This document shows positions 47,365-56,563 of a stretch of DNA of 59,130 nt, in pieces (the stretch's first letter is position 1; each line of letters opens with the position of its first letter). A model generated the notes under the pieces. That model saw only the letters and a list, made by a program, of their open reading frames with translations, made no database searches and had not been told where the DNA came from. Made by a program: the position numbers and the translations under genes. Where the stretch lies: NCBI GenBank assembly GCA_012727635.1, contig JAAYGQ010000102.1:1-59130 (forward strand), written 5' to 3'. The stretch is from Tissierellia bacterium. GTDB lineage: Bacteria > Bacillota > Clostridia > Peptostreptococcales > Acidaminobacteraceae.

Positions 47365-48186
47365 TTACGCTGCTTTGCTCATAACAGAAAATAGTAAGAC
47401 CAAAAGACCAAGACCAATTCTGTACCATCCAAAAACTTTGAAATCATGCTTTTTAATATAGTTCATAAGAAAGCGAATGGCGAAAACACTGGTCAAGTAA
47501 CTCACCAACATACTCACTATTAAGATAAAAAACTCAAATAAACTAAAGCCTCCGAAATTTCTTAGCTCCAACACAGATGCTCCAAACATGGCTGGAATGG
47601 CAAGGAAAAACGTAAACTCCGCGGCAGTTTTTCTATCAAAACCAAGATAGATTCCACCCAAAATCGTGGCCCCGCTACGAGAAGTTCCAGGGAAGATAGC
47701 AGCTACTAGCTGAAATATACCTACAATAAAAGCATCCTTATAGGTTATTTTACCAATGCGATCCACTTGTACTTTGAGGTCTTTATTTTTATTTTCCAGG
47801 TAGATAAAAAGTATACCTACAATGATAAGGGCTAGGGCTACGGACACCGGATTGTAAAAATATTTGTAGAAAGTGGATTTAAAAAGGATTCCAATGACCC
47901 CAGCGGGAATCGAAGCAAAGACTATTTTAAACCACATAATCATCTTCTGTCTTTGCACACCAAAGGGCTTAAAGGTAAAGGGGAAAATATCCTTCCAATA
48001 AAGCACCACAACGGCCATAATCGCGCCCAGCTGAATCACCACCAGATACATTTCCATAAAGGCTTCACTGACCTGGAGCTTTATTAGCTCATCAAGAAGA
48101 ATCATATGACCGGTGCTACTAATTGGAAGCCACTCGGTAATCCCTTCAACAATGCCAAAAAGAATTGCCTTTAACAAGTTTAGCAT
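47365..48186 (-). CDS. uppP: Undecaprenyl-diphosphate phosphatase
   Basis: BacA/UppP motifs EWLPISSTGH and PGTSRSG. Confidence 0.92.
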   Translation of the reverse strand: MLNLLKAILFGIVEGITEWLPISSTGHMILLDELIKLQVSEAFMEMYLVVIQLGAIMAVVVLYWKDIFPFTFKPFGVQRQKMIMWFKIVFASIPAGVIGILFKSTFYKYFYNPVSVALALIIVGILFIYLENKNKDLKVQVDRIGKITYKDAFIVGIFQLVAAIFPGTSRSGATILGGIYLGFDRKTAAEFTFFLAIPAMFGASVLELRNFGGFSLFEFFILIVSMLVSYLTSVFAIRFLMNYIKKHDFKVFGWYRIGLGLLVLLFSVMSKAA

Positions 48187-48548
48187 GAATCCCCCTCGAT
48201 GATTACAGCAAGAAGCCTAACCTTTTCTTTGTGGGGATTTCTTATGGCGTGTTCCTTCCCCTCGGGGGTAAAGGCACCATCACCCTCTTTTATATCAACC
48301 CACTGGCCATCACTCAGGGTCTGGGCGGCGCCTTCAAGAAGGAAATAGATCTCTGCTTCACCCCTATGGGTATGGGGTCCAATAGAGCAACCTTCCTCTA
48401 GGGTGACAATAGAAAATATTCTAGTGAGCCCCTGGGTCTCTTCTTTTTCAAATAGATCTAAGAACTGGAGTTTACCTTCTCCACCAAATACTTTCTCTGC
48501 TATTCTTATCTTCATTTGTTCTTTTCGCTTAATCACTATTTCCTCCAA
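48180..48548 (-). CDS. Cupin-domain protein
   Basis: 122 aa with a GPHTHRGEAEIYF...H cupin motif. Confidence 0.75.
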   Translation of the reverse strand: MEEIVIKRKEQMKIRIAEKVFGGEGKLQFLDLFEKEETQGLTRIFSIVTLEEGCSIGPHTHRGEAEIYFLLEGAAQTLSDGQWVDIKEGDGAFTPEGKEHAIRNPHKEKVRLLAVIIEGDSC

Positions 48549-48604
48549 ATGTTTATTTTTTTCTACTAGGTTTTATGTTAAACTAAGGCGACTGAGGTAT
48601 AAAA

Positions 48605-49099
48605 ATGAAATTAGGACTTCGTATAATCAAAACCGTTCTTGCCGTAGCTTTGTGTTTTATTATTGATATCTTTCGCGGTGGGATGCCTTTTTTCGCTGTT
48701 ATAGCAGCCATTTTATGTCTACAAAAAGGAAAAGAAAAAACCTATTCCCAGGCCATTAGTCGAACACTGGGGACCATTATTGGTGGTGTATTTGGCCTGC
48801 TGTGTCTTCTTTTTTTCCAGTATGCTGATATTGCCTACAAAAGCCCCGTATATGTAATAATTATTTCTCTTATGGCAATCCCCATTATAAATATGAATCT
48901 TTGGATCAAAAGTCCGGTTTCGGCAGCCTTTTCCTGTGTTGTGTTTTATTCTGTAACCATTGGACATTTCCAGGATTTGGCCCCCTTTGCCTTTGTTCGT
49001 AGCAGAATGCTGGATACTTTTATAGGCATTGGTGTGGCGCTTTTTCTTAACTTGGTTTTTCCCTTTAAAGGTGAAACAAAAGATCCATTGGTTCTGTGA
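48605..49099 (+). CDS. Aromatic acid exporter / FUSC-like small membrane protein
   Basis: MKLGLRIIKTVLAVALCF N-terminus and 4-5 TM segments, typical of the ArAE_1 short form. Confidence 0.6.
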   Translation: MKLGLRIIKTVLAVALCFIIDIFRGGMPFFAVIAAILCLQKGKEKTYSQAISRTLGTIIGGVFGLLCLLFFQYADIAYKSPVYVIIISLMAIPIINMNLWIKSPVSAAFSCVVFYSVTIGHFQDLAPFAFVRSRMLDTFIGIGVALFLNLVFPFKGETKDPLVL

Positions 49100-49676
49100 T
49101 AAAGGGCACATCTTTGACAAGATCTCCATAGCCCCAACTGACTTGAAGGCCTTTACACCGGGCCTTTTTTGCTGTCAGAATATCCACGGAACTATCACCC
49201 ACATAGAGAACCTCTGTGCTGTCCTTTCCCATCCTTTCGATTAGATAGATCAAAGAGTCTGGATTGGGCTTTCTTGCAAAGCCAGCATCACTTCCCAGTA
49301 CATCCAAGAACCGTTCGGGAAAATAGATTTCGCAAACTTTAATAAGAGCTTCATGGGGTTTATTGCTGAGCACAGACATAGTAATCTGTCTCTTTTCCAG
49401 TTCATCCAACAACCCTGGAATCCCGGTATAGGCCTTTGTATATCTACTGAGATTATCCTTGTAATGTTTTTTAAAGGTCTCAACAAACCCTTCTGGATTT
49501 TTTGCACCCAATCTTTGCATTAGCACATAGGGGCCCTCACCCAGGGCTTCTCTAACCTGCTTCTGGCTAGGGCCTTCAAAACCATAAAACTCAAAAGCAT
49601 AGCTTACGCTCTCCTGAAGATCTTTTAGTGTATCCAGAAGGGTCCCATCGAGATCGAATATTACTGATTTTATCAA
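49065..49676 (-). CDS. HAD-family phosphatase (phosphoglycolate phosphatase-like)
   Basis: IFDLDGTLLDT and VGDSSVD motifs. TTG start at 49676 after GGAGG, overlapping the upstream TGA (TTGA). Confidence 0.75.
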   Translation of the reverse strand: MIKSVIFDLDGTLLDTLKDLQESVSYAFEFYGFEGPSQKQVREALGEGPYVLMQRLGAKNPEGFVETFKKHYKDNLSRYTKAYTGIPGLLDELEKRQITMSVLSNKPHEALIKVCEIYFPERFLDVLGSDAGFARKPNPDSLIYLIERMGKDSTEVLYVGDSSVDILTAKKARCKGLQVSWGYGDLVKDVPFITEPMDLLFHL

Positions 49677-50770
49677 TTTACGCCTCCAAAAATCCGCCCT
49701 TGGAGAAACTCCTTCGTGCCTTCTTTCCAAGAAAGCCCAACAAAACACTCAAAGAAATGTTTCATATCCGTCGGCTTTTCCCGGTGCTTATTTAAAAAGA
49801 GTTTCATCACAGGATAGAAAATCTCTGGTTGGAGAAACTCTTCTAATTCTTCTAAGAGCATCCATCCTCCCAAGCTCAGATCTCTTCCCTTTAACTCCTT
49901 TAGGCTCTTGCCTCTAACCCTATCCCTGCCCTGTTTATAGTCATCATTAAACCCTTCGATTTCTCCGGGACTATAGATGTTTTTAATGATTTTTGATGTA
50001 AAAAATAAGACAAAGCCCTCATTAAAGAATTCCTCTGCTTCGTAAGCCCCTACGGTCCATCCCAGTCTAAGATAGACCCTGAGGATATCTTCAAAACCTC
50101 GGAGACTTCCTTTATTCGGCCAAGGGAAAAAGAAACTGCCATCCAGTTCAAAGGCTGTCTCGCCCTGGGGTAATACAACATATCGTAGGGGTCCGGGAAA
50201 GGCTCCATCACCACATAGATTTCGCATATAATCCCAGGCTCTACGCAAAACTAAACTCAAAAGCTCTACTTCGGGCTCTTTCTTTAAAAGATAAATTTCT
50301 CCCGAAAAAATCCGATCCACATAGTAGCGAGCAATGCTAAAAACCGGTCCGTTTTCTCCCCTAAAAATAAAGCGAAGAAGACCTTTTTTATGTTGAACTT
50401 TTTCCAGTTCATGGGTGCTAATTACAACAAAATCCTCGGGAATAATGACCTCGGTGTAACGAATTGGCGGAATATCTTCACCAAAAAGAGGAAGAAAACT
50501 GCCATCGTCGCGGATAAAAAGCCAAGGTCGCTGGGGGTCAATATAAAGCTGATAATTGAAATTGTATCGGTGACCAGGAGGAAGATTGTACATATCAAGA
50601 GAACTTCCTTTTCTGGGCATCAAAAAGCTTTCCCCGTCATCGACAAGAAAATTTGTAATAAAACACTGGGGATTTAATAAAAGCTCTCGTCTTGGTATCT
50701 CCCAGCTATTGATGCTTACTTCAACATGAAAGGCGCCCAAGTTGGGACTCATTTGAATTTTTGTAATCAT
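49673..50770 (-). CDS. Hypothetical protein, possibly a degenerate gluzincin (M1-like) fold lacking HExxH
   Basis: 365 aa. The segment GETAFELDG...RVYLRLGW...FFNEGFVLFF loosely parallels the M1 GAMEN / HExxH / NEGFA layout, but no HExxH is present. Confidence 0.3.
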   Translation of the reverse strand: MITKIQMSPNLGAFHVEVSINSWEIPRRELLLNPQCFITNFLVDDGESFLMPRKGSSLDMYNLPPGHRYNFNYQLYIDPQRPWLFIRDDGSFLPLFGEDIPPIRYTEVIIPEDFVVISTHELEKVQHKKGLLRFIFRGENGPVFSIARYYVDRIFSGEIYLLKKEPEVELLSLVLRRAWDYMRNLCGDGAFPGPLRYVVLPQGETAFELDGSFFFPWPNKGSLRGFEDILRVYLRLGWTVGAYEAEEFFNEGFVLFFTSKIIKNIYSPGEIEGFNDDYKQGRDRVRGKSLKELKGRDLSLGGWMLLEELEEFLQPEIFYPVMKLFLNKHREKPTDMKHFFECFVGLSWKEGTKEFLQGRIFGGVN

Positions 50771-50825
50771 AACACCCTCCTGGGGGCATTATAACACTTA
50801 TCTTACCAAATGGCGCCCCAGTACC

Positions 50826-50853
50826 TATAAAAAAAGAGCCCTAAAGGCTCTTA
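50826..50853 (-). terminator. Rho-independent terminator ending the fab operon
   Basis: Minus strand AAGAGCC-TTTAG-GGCTCTT followed by TTTTTTAT, overlapping the marR stop codon. Confidence 0.8.
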
Positions 50854-51312
50854 GCGTAGTTCTCTTCCCGCCACAGCACTGCTGATTTCCGGCATCAGTT
50901 CACTGGAAATAGCTTGCAAAATCTTCTCGAGTTTTTCTACATCTTCTTTGGAGAAGTGTTCATGGATTCTTTCCATAACTGTAACGATATAACTGTTTTT
51001 AAGGTCATTGTAGGCATGGAATTTATCGGTGACTTCCAAATGAAACTCTCTACGATCATTCTTGGAGCGAATCTTTTGAATATAGCCCTTGCGAACCAGT
51101 GAGGATATTTTATAGGCGGCATTGGGGTGAGAAATATTTAAAAAGTTCGCATACTCACTGACGGTGGGACGGTTTAAAGCATAAATCACCTCTACGGAAA
51201 TGGTTTCAGAGGAGGTCAAGGAGGCTTCCCTGTCTTCAAAGTTCTTAAAGATGTTTTTATAGAAATTAAGTTTGAATTTTTCGTAGACTTGATTAAAAGA
51301 TTTTTCCAACAT
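50851..51312 (-). CDS. MarR-family transcriptional regulator (FabT-like by context)
   Basis: 153 aa with a winged-helix pattern (VSEYANFLNISHPNAAYKISSLVRKGYIQK). It is the last gene of the fab operon. Confidence 0.8.
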   Translation of the reverse strand: MLEKSFNQVYEKFKLNFYKNIFKNFEDREASLTSSETISVEVIYALNRPTVSEYANFLNISHPNAAYKISSLVRKGYIQKIRSKNDRREFHLEVTDKFHAYNDLKNSYIVTVMERIHEHFSKEDVEKLEKILQAISSELMPEISSAVAGRELR

Positions 51313-51339
51313 ATATCCCTCCTTAATAAAAATATTACG

Positions 51340-51765
51340 TTACTTTATAGAGAATGTCAATTGCCCCTGGGCTACAATTTCCCCATCGACCATTGCCCTT
51401 ACTTCGCCTTTGCCTATGCCCATTTTAAAGCCCAGAATTTTGCAGTAAAGCTCCAGACTGTCTCCGGGTAGCACTTCCTTTTTAAATCGCATTTTGTCAA
51501 CACCGCCAAAAAGAACTAGTTTTCCTCTGTGCTCTTCAAGGCTTAGTACGCATAGAGCCCCAAGCTGAGCTAGGGCCTCTATAATCAGAACCCCGGGCAT
51601 AAGAGGATAGTCGGGAAAATGTCCCATAAAATGAGGCTCATTTAAACTCACTTGTTTAATGCCCCTAGCCCAAACTCCGGCCTCTCCCTCCAGAACCTTA
51701 TCGACTAAAAGAAAAGGGTAACGGTGGGGCAGGATGTCCATGATTTCCTTTGCATTATATTTCAC
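51340..51765 (-). CDS. fabZ: 3-hydroxyacyl-ACP dehydratase FabZ
   Basis: ILPHRYPFLLVD and GHFP...PGVL motifs. The GTG at 51765 gives the usual N-terminal length; the ORF maximum extends to 51816. Confidence 0.9.
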   Translation of the reverse strand: MKYNAKEIMDILPHRYPFLLVDKVLEGEAGVWARGIKQVSLNEPHFMGHFPDYPLMPGVLIIEALAQLGALCVLSLEEHRGKLVLFGGVDKMRFKKEVLPGDSLELYCKILGFKMGIGKGEVRAMVDGEIVAQGQLTFSIK

Positions 51766-52990
51766 TATCTTCCCACTTTCTAAAGAGAATAGAAGCGTTA
51801 TGGCCGCCAAATCCAAAGGAATTGCTCATGGCTGTTTTAAACTCATAGTTTCTAGGTTCCAAAACCAGATTCAGATCGCATTCTTCGTCGGCGACCTTAT
51901 AACCAACATTGGCAGGTAATATTCCTTGGTCCATAGCCACTAGGGTAACAATGGCTTCCACCGCTCCCGATGCTCCAAGAAGATGGCCCATCATCGATTT
52001 AGAACTACTAACAAACACGTCTTTCACATGCTCCCCCAGTAGTTTTTTAATGGCTTGGGTTTCCGTCTTGTCATTGAGAGCTGTACTGGTTCCGTGGGCA
52101 TTGATATAGTCCAGGTCTTCCGGGCTAAGACCACCATCCTCCAGCGCCATTTCCATGGCTCTAAAGGCAAGCTCTCCTCCTGGTGAGGGTTGGGTTATAT
52201 GACCGGCATCGCAGGTACTGCCATATCCGATAATCTCAGCATAGATCTTTGCTCCTCTTTCTAGAGCGTGACCCAGTTCTTCCAGTACAAGAATTCCGGC
52301 TCCTTCGCCCATCACAAAACCGCTGCGCTCTTTATCAAAGGGAATACTGGCTCTTTTTGGATCCTTGGAGGTTGAAAGCGCTTTCATAGAAGCAAATCCA
52401 CCGATGGCAAGGGGATTGATACCGGCTTCGGCGCCGCCGCACAAAACCACATCCAAATATCCATCGCGAATACTATGAAAAGCTTCGCCTATGGCATCGG
52501 TTCCACTGGCACAGGCCGTAACCGGGCATTTGCAACTACCATTAAATTGCAATTCAATCGCAAGGTAGGCGGCAACCATATTGGAGATTACTTTGGGAAT
52601 AAAAAAGGGAGAGATTCTTGAAAACCCTGACTTGCAGGCTTTAAAGGATTCTTCTTGAATGGTGTTGATGCCACCGATTCCCGAACCCACATTGACTCCA
52701 TGTCTTGTGCCGGAGCTTGTTAACCCGCTGTCTCTATAGGCTTTAATACCAGCCACAAGGCCATATTGATTCACAAGGTCCATTCTTCTTGCTGCTTTAG
52801 CGTCAAGAAGGTCCTTGTCTTTAAACTCTTTTACTTCTCCGGCCAAAGTCACATCATCTCCCGATGCGTCGTAGTGGCTAATGGGCCCAATAGCACAGAG
52901 GCTGGATTTTATAGCTTCCAGCAGGTCTTCTTTATTATGACCCAGGGGACAAACGACCCCAAGGCCCGTAATTACAACTCTTCTTTTCAT
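51755..52990 (-). CDS. fabF: 3-oxoacyl-ACP synthase II
   Basis: 411 aa. Catalytic Cys in TACASG and the HGTST/GHNAS histidines. Confidence 0.95.
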   Translation of the reverse strand: MKRRVVITGLGVVCPLGHNKEDLLEAIKSSLCAIGPISHYDASGDDVTLAGEVKEFKDKDLLDAKAARRMDLVNQYGLVAGIKAYRDSGLTSSGTRHGVNVGSGIGGINTIQEESFKACKSGFSRISPFFIPKVISNMVAAYLAIELQFNGSCKCPVTACASGTDAIGEAFHSIRDGYLDVVLCGGAEAGINPLAIGGFASMKALSTSKDPKRASIPFDKERSGFVMGEGAGILVLEELGHALERGAKIYAEIIGYGSTCDAGHITQPSPGGELAFRAMEMALEDGGLSPEDLDYINAHGTSTALNDKTETQAIKKLLGEHVKDVFVSSSKSMMGHLLGASGAVEAIVTLVAMDQGILPANVGYKVADEECDLNLVLEPRNYEFKTAMSNSFGFGGHNASILFRKWEDSEI

Positions 52991-53721
52991 AAAGCGATTC
53001 CTCCGTCAATGCATAGGGTTTGCCCGGTAATATAGCTTGCCTCCTGGGAGGCGAGAAAAAGGGCCAGGGCTGCCACTTCTTCGGTCTTTCCAAATCGTTT
53101 AATTGAAAGTTTTTTAAGGGCTTCTTCTTTTAATGTATCAGGCAGTTTGTCCGTCATATCACTTTCAATAAAACCGGGAGCCAGGGCATTTACTCTTATG
53201 TTTCTTGAACCAAATTCCTTAGCCATAGTCTTGGTAAGACCAATAAGGCCGGCTTTGGAGGCTGCATAGTTTGCCTGGCCGGGATTTCCATAAACCCCCA
53301 CAACGCTGGAGATATTTAAAATAACACCCTCTCTTTTTCGGATCATGAGTTTAAGAGCTTCTCTTGAACAAAAAAAACTTCCCGTAAGGTTGGTATCAAT
53401 CACTTCGCTAAAGTCTTGGCCCTTCATACGAAGAAGGGAACCGTCCCTAGTGATACCGGCGTTATTAATTAGAACATAAATTTCTCCGAAGTCTTCTTTT
53501 ATTTTAGAAAAGGCTGCCACAACCTCTTCTTCTCTGGCTACATCGGCCTGATAGAAATGAAGCTTTACTCCAAGACCATCCACTTCTTTTTTTGTATCTT
53601 CACAGGCTTCTCCGAGATTTCTCGTAATAAGGGCTAGGTCGTATCCTGCTCCTGCAAACTTAAGGGCCATAGCCCTACCGATACCACGACACCCACCGGT
53701 TATAACGGCTACTTTTTGCAT
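52987..53721 (-). CDS. fabG: 3-oxoacyl-ACP reductase
   Basis: SDR motifs TGGCRGIG and YAASKAG. ATGA overlap with fabF. Confidence 0.95.
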   Translation of the reverse strand: MQKVAVITGGCRGIGRAMALKFAGAGYDLALITRNLGEACEDTKKEVDGLGVKLHFYQADVAREEEVVAAFSKIKEDFGEIYVLINNAGITRDGSLLRMKGQDFSEVIDTNLTGSFFCSREALKLMIRKREGVILNISSVVGVYGNPGQANYAASKAGLIGLTKTMAKEFGSRNIRVNALAPGFIESDMTDKLPDTLKEEALKKLSIKRFGKTEEVAALALFLASQEASYITGQTLCIDGGIAL

Positions 53722-54626
53722 TTACTAAGCTCCTCCCTAGTGCTAATAAAGCTTTCTTTATCCTTTATTTCAAGAACTCTTGCTTTAGGGTTCAAACGTT
53801 TTATGAAGCCTGCAAGAACTTTATTGTGACCAATTTCTACAAAAAGATCAACTTCTTCCAAGAGTTTTTCCAAATCGTCCTTAAAACGCACAGTCTCCAT
53901 TACCTGGCGACTCATAATTTCCGAGAAATTATCCTCTTCATAGTCTCCGGTAAGATTCATAGCAATCTTACATTGGGGAGTGTGAAAAGAAATCCTCTCG
54001 AAGAAGTTTTTTAGTTTTTCCGCCACTGGGGCCATGTAGGGAGTGTGAAAAGGCCCACCTACTTTTAATGGGATGCCTCTCCATTTCTTTTCTTTGAGAG
54101 CCTCATTTAGCCCTTCAAAATCTTCCTTTTTGCCCGTTAAAACAATCTGTCCCTTGGTGTTTACATTGGAAATAAATATTTTCTTACTAAGCTGGAGCTC
54201 CTTAAGAAGTTCTTTTAGCTCCTCTTCTTCCGAGCCAATTACAGCAATCATAGCAGTGTTCATGTCAGAAGAATATTCTCCCATGCATCGCCCTCGAAAG
54301 AGAGCAATATCTAGAGCATCTTTTCTTGAAATAACTCCAGCACTGTAAAGGGCACTGTATTCCCCAATACTTAGACCCGCCACAGCGTAGGGAACAATTC
54401 CTTCTACTTTAAGCAGATCGGTAACCGCCAGTTGAAAGGCTACCATCACAGGCTGGGTGTTTTCTGTTTTGGTAAGGGTGTCTATATCCGCTTCAAAGGA
54501 TAATTCTTTAATTCTCGGCTCTATAGAGTCATAGAATTCTTTGACAAGTGGAAAGGTATTATAAAGATCCTTCCCCATGGCCACAGCCTGGGCTCCCTGC
54601 CCGGAGTATATAAAGGCAAGCTTCAT
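53709..54626 (-). CDS. fabD: Malonyl-CoA:ACP transacylase
   Basis: FIYSGQGAQ and GLSIGEYSAL (active-site Ser) motifs. Confidence 0.95.
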   Translation of the reverse strand: MKLAFIYSGQGAQAVAMGKDLYNTFPLVKEFYDSIEPRIKELSFEADIDTLTKTENTQPVMVAFQLAVTDLLKVEGIVPYAVAGLSIGEYSALYSAGVISRKDALDIALFRGRCMGEYSSDMNTAMIAVIGSEEEELKELLKELQLSKKIFISNVNTKGQIVLTGKKEDFEGLNEALKEKKWRGIPLKVGGPFHTPYMAPVAEKLKNFFERISFHTPQCKIAMNLTGDYEEDNFSEIMSRQVMETVRFKDDLEKLLEEVDLFVEIGHNKVLAGFIKRLNPKARVLEIKDKESFISTREELSKCKK

Positions 54627-55641
54627 CGAGTACCTCCTTTACTGTTCTTATTTTATTGATTTTATCCACACCATCGCCGGCAAAAAAAAGTCCTTCTTCA
54701 TAATTTCCCTTGGCCGCATGGATAAGAACCTTGCTGATGCAAAACTCCGTGGCTGCCGGTGTGCAAGGACGAAGGCAATTACGACAATCGCGAATTTTTT
54801 GTTTTTCTCCCCTAAGAGTAGATATAAAAGGCGTCCGAATGGCCCTAGCAGGCATACCTACGGGGCTTTTTATTAGAACAATGTCTTCTTTTTTAGCATC
54901 AAGGATAACTTTTTTAAAAACGTCGCTGACGTCACATTCTTCGGTGGCGATAAAGGGAGTGCCGAACTGAAACCCATCGGCACCAGCATCCAGGAGTTTT
55001 TTAATTCGGTGTTCATCGAAGGCGTTGCCGGCAAGAAAAAGTGGAATGTCCTTTTGTTCTTTTAATGTGTCCAGAAAAGCTCTAACATCCCTGGTTTCTT
55101 GGATTAGCTTTTCTTCTTTATAATTTTTAATGTCCTCGTCGGAAAAACCAAGATGACCTCCGGCCCAAGCTCCCTCTAAAATCACAAGATCGGGAAGTCT
55201 ATTGTAGGTTTTCCAGCGCCGACAAAGGAGCTTTAGGGCTCTGGCTCCCGAGACAATAGGAGCAATGAGGGTATCTTCTCCCACAAGTTCAGGAAGATTA
55301 AGAGGCAGCCCTGCACCGACAACAATAACGTCTGCTCCTGCCCCAGCGGCTTGTTTTATTATCTCGTCGTAGCCGGTAATGGCCATCATAACATTGACGG
55401 CAACAAGGCCCTTTCAACCGGCGATGGCCTTGGCTTTTTTAATTTCTTTCATTAGAGCTCGTTTATTGGCTTCCTTTGTGTTACATTCAAAATCTTCTTC
55501 TTTAAATCCAATTCCTACAGCAGAAAGAGTGCCCATGGCACCATAGGAAGCAACGGTCCCGGCGAGATTTCCCAGGGATACACCAACTCCCATACCTCCT
55601 TGAAGTATTGGCAGTTCCAGTACTCTATTTGCTATTTTCAT
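54559..55641 (-). pseudogene. Second FabK/nitronate-monooxygenase-family gene, interrupted by one in-frame TGA (55414-55416)
   Basis: The 75-aa ORF (PILQGGMGVGVS...) and the 276-aa ORF are in the same frame, separated only by TGA plus 8 sense codons (..AIAG*KGLVAVNVMMAITG..). Read through, this gives about 360 aa, the normal length for this subfamily. Confidence 0.7.
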
Positions 55642-56563
55642 GGCATAACCTCGCTTTTTCCCTAAGATAATCTTGATAAAGCCTTTCTAATAGTTCCCTA
55701 ACAGGAAGAATTTCTTTTATTTGAGTCACCACCAGACCGGCCATCAGCGAACCGTTCTTGATATCCCCTTCCCTAGCTGCTCTTCGTAGAGCGCCTAGGG
55801 TAAAGTGTTCCAGTTCTTCTTTGCTTTTACCCTGGGTCTCCATTTCAAGATAGCTACGGACCATAGGGTTATTTAAAACTCTCAGAGGTAGGCCTATACT
55901 GCGGCCAATTACTTTACTATTTGAAGAGTTTGCTGATAGGACTCTTTGTTTATAATTGTCATGTATGGGGCATTCCTGGGTACCAAGAAAAGCTGTTCCC
56001 ATCTGAACCCCGATGGCCCCTAGGGCCTCGGCAGCTAGAAGCTGTCTTCCCGAAGCTATCCCTCCCGCAGCAATGATTGGAAGATCTACCCTATCAATAA
56101 GCTGAGGGACCAGGGTCATGGTAGTCATTGGTCCAATATGGCCTCCGGCCTCATTGCCTTCAGCAATCAGTCCATCTACTCCCAGGCGCGCCATGCGAAA
56201 ACCTAGGGCCGGATCACCCACTACGGGAAATACTTTGATGCCCTTATTTTTCCAGGCTTCTACGAAACGCCCAGGGTTTCCTGCACCGGTTGTGATCATG
56301 GCCACAACCATCTCTTCAACAAGCTTTGCTTGTTCTTCAATTTCAGGATGAAGGAGCATCAGATTCACTCCAAAGGGTTTATCGGTAAGAGAGCGCGCTA
56401 TAAGAATCTCTTCTCGCAGCTGCTGGGTAGTATAGCCACCGGCTCCAATCATGCCAAAGGCTCCCGCCTCACTTACTGCCGCTGCAAAAGCACCCGTAGC
56501 GATGTGGGCCATGCCTCCTTGAATAATGGGATAATCAATCGAGAGTATTTTTTGAAGTTTCAT
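55625..56563 (-). CDS. fabK: Enoyl-ACP reductase II (FMN-dependent, FabK type)
   Basis: 312 aa with YPIIQGGMA, EAGGHIG and IIAAGGIASG motifs, in fab operon context. Confidence 0.88.
   Translation of the reverse strand: MKLQKILSIDYPIIQGGMAHIATGAFAAAVSEAGAFGMIGAGGYTTQQLREEILIARSLTDKPFGVNLMLLHPEIEEQAKLVEEMVVAMITTGAGNPGRFVEAWKNKGIKVFPVVGDPALGFRMARLGVDGLIAEGNEAGGHIGPMTTMTLVPQLIDRVDLPIIAAGGIASGRQLLAAEALGAIGVQMGTAFLGTQECPIHDNYKQRVLSANSSNSKVIGRSIGLPLRVLNNPMVRSYLEMETQGKSKEELEHFTLGALRRAAREGDIKNGSLMAGLVVTQIKEILPVRELLERLYQDYLREKARLCHENSK

Noticed and set aside
55414-55416. In-frame TGA read as selenocysteine or as evidence of an alternative genetic code (TGA = Gly/Trp).
   Set aside because: Other genes in the window end at TGA with normal lengths (the DUF1850 gene at 5504-5506, glpK at 39514-39516, rnfD at 58902-58904). 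I see no nested SECIS-like hairpin immediately downstream; the GGCCATC/GATGGCC and CCGGT/ACCGG complementarities are not nested. Nonsense mutation or sequencing error is the simpler explanation.
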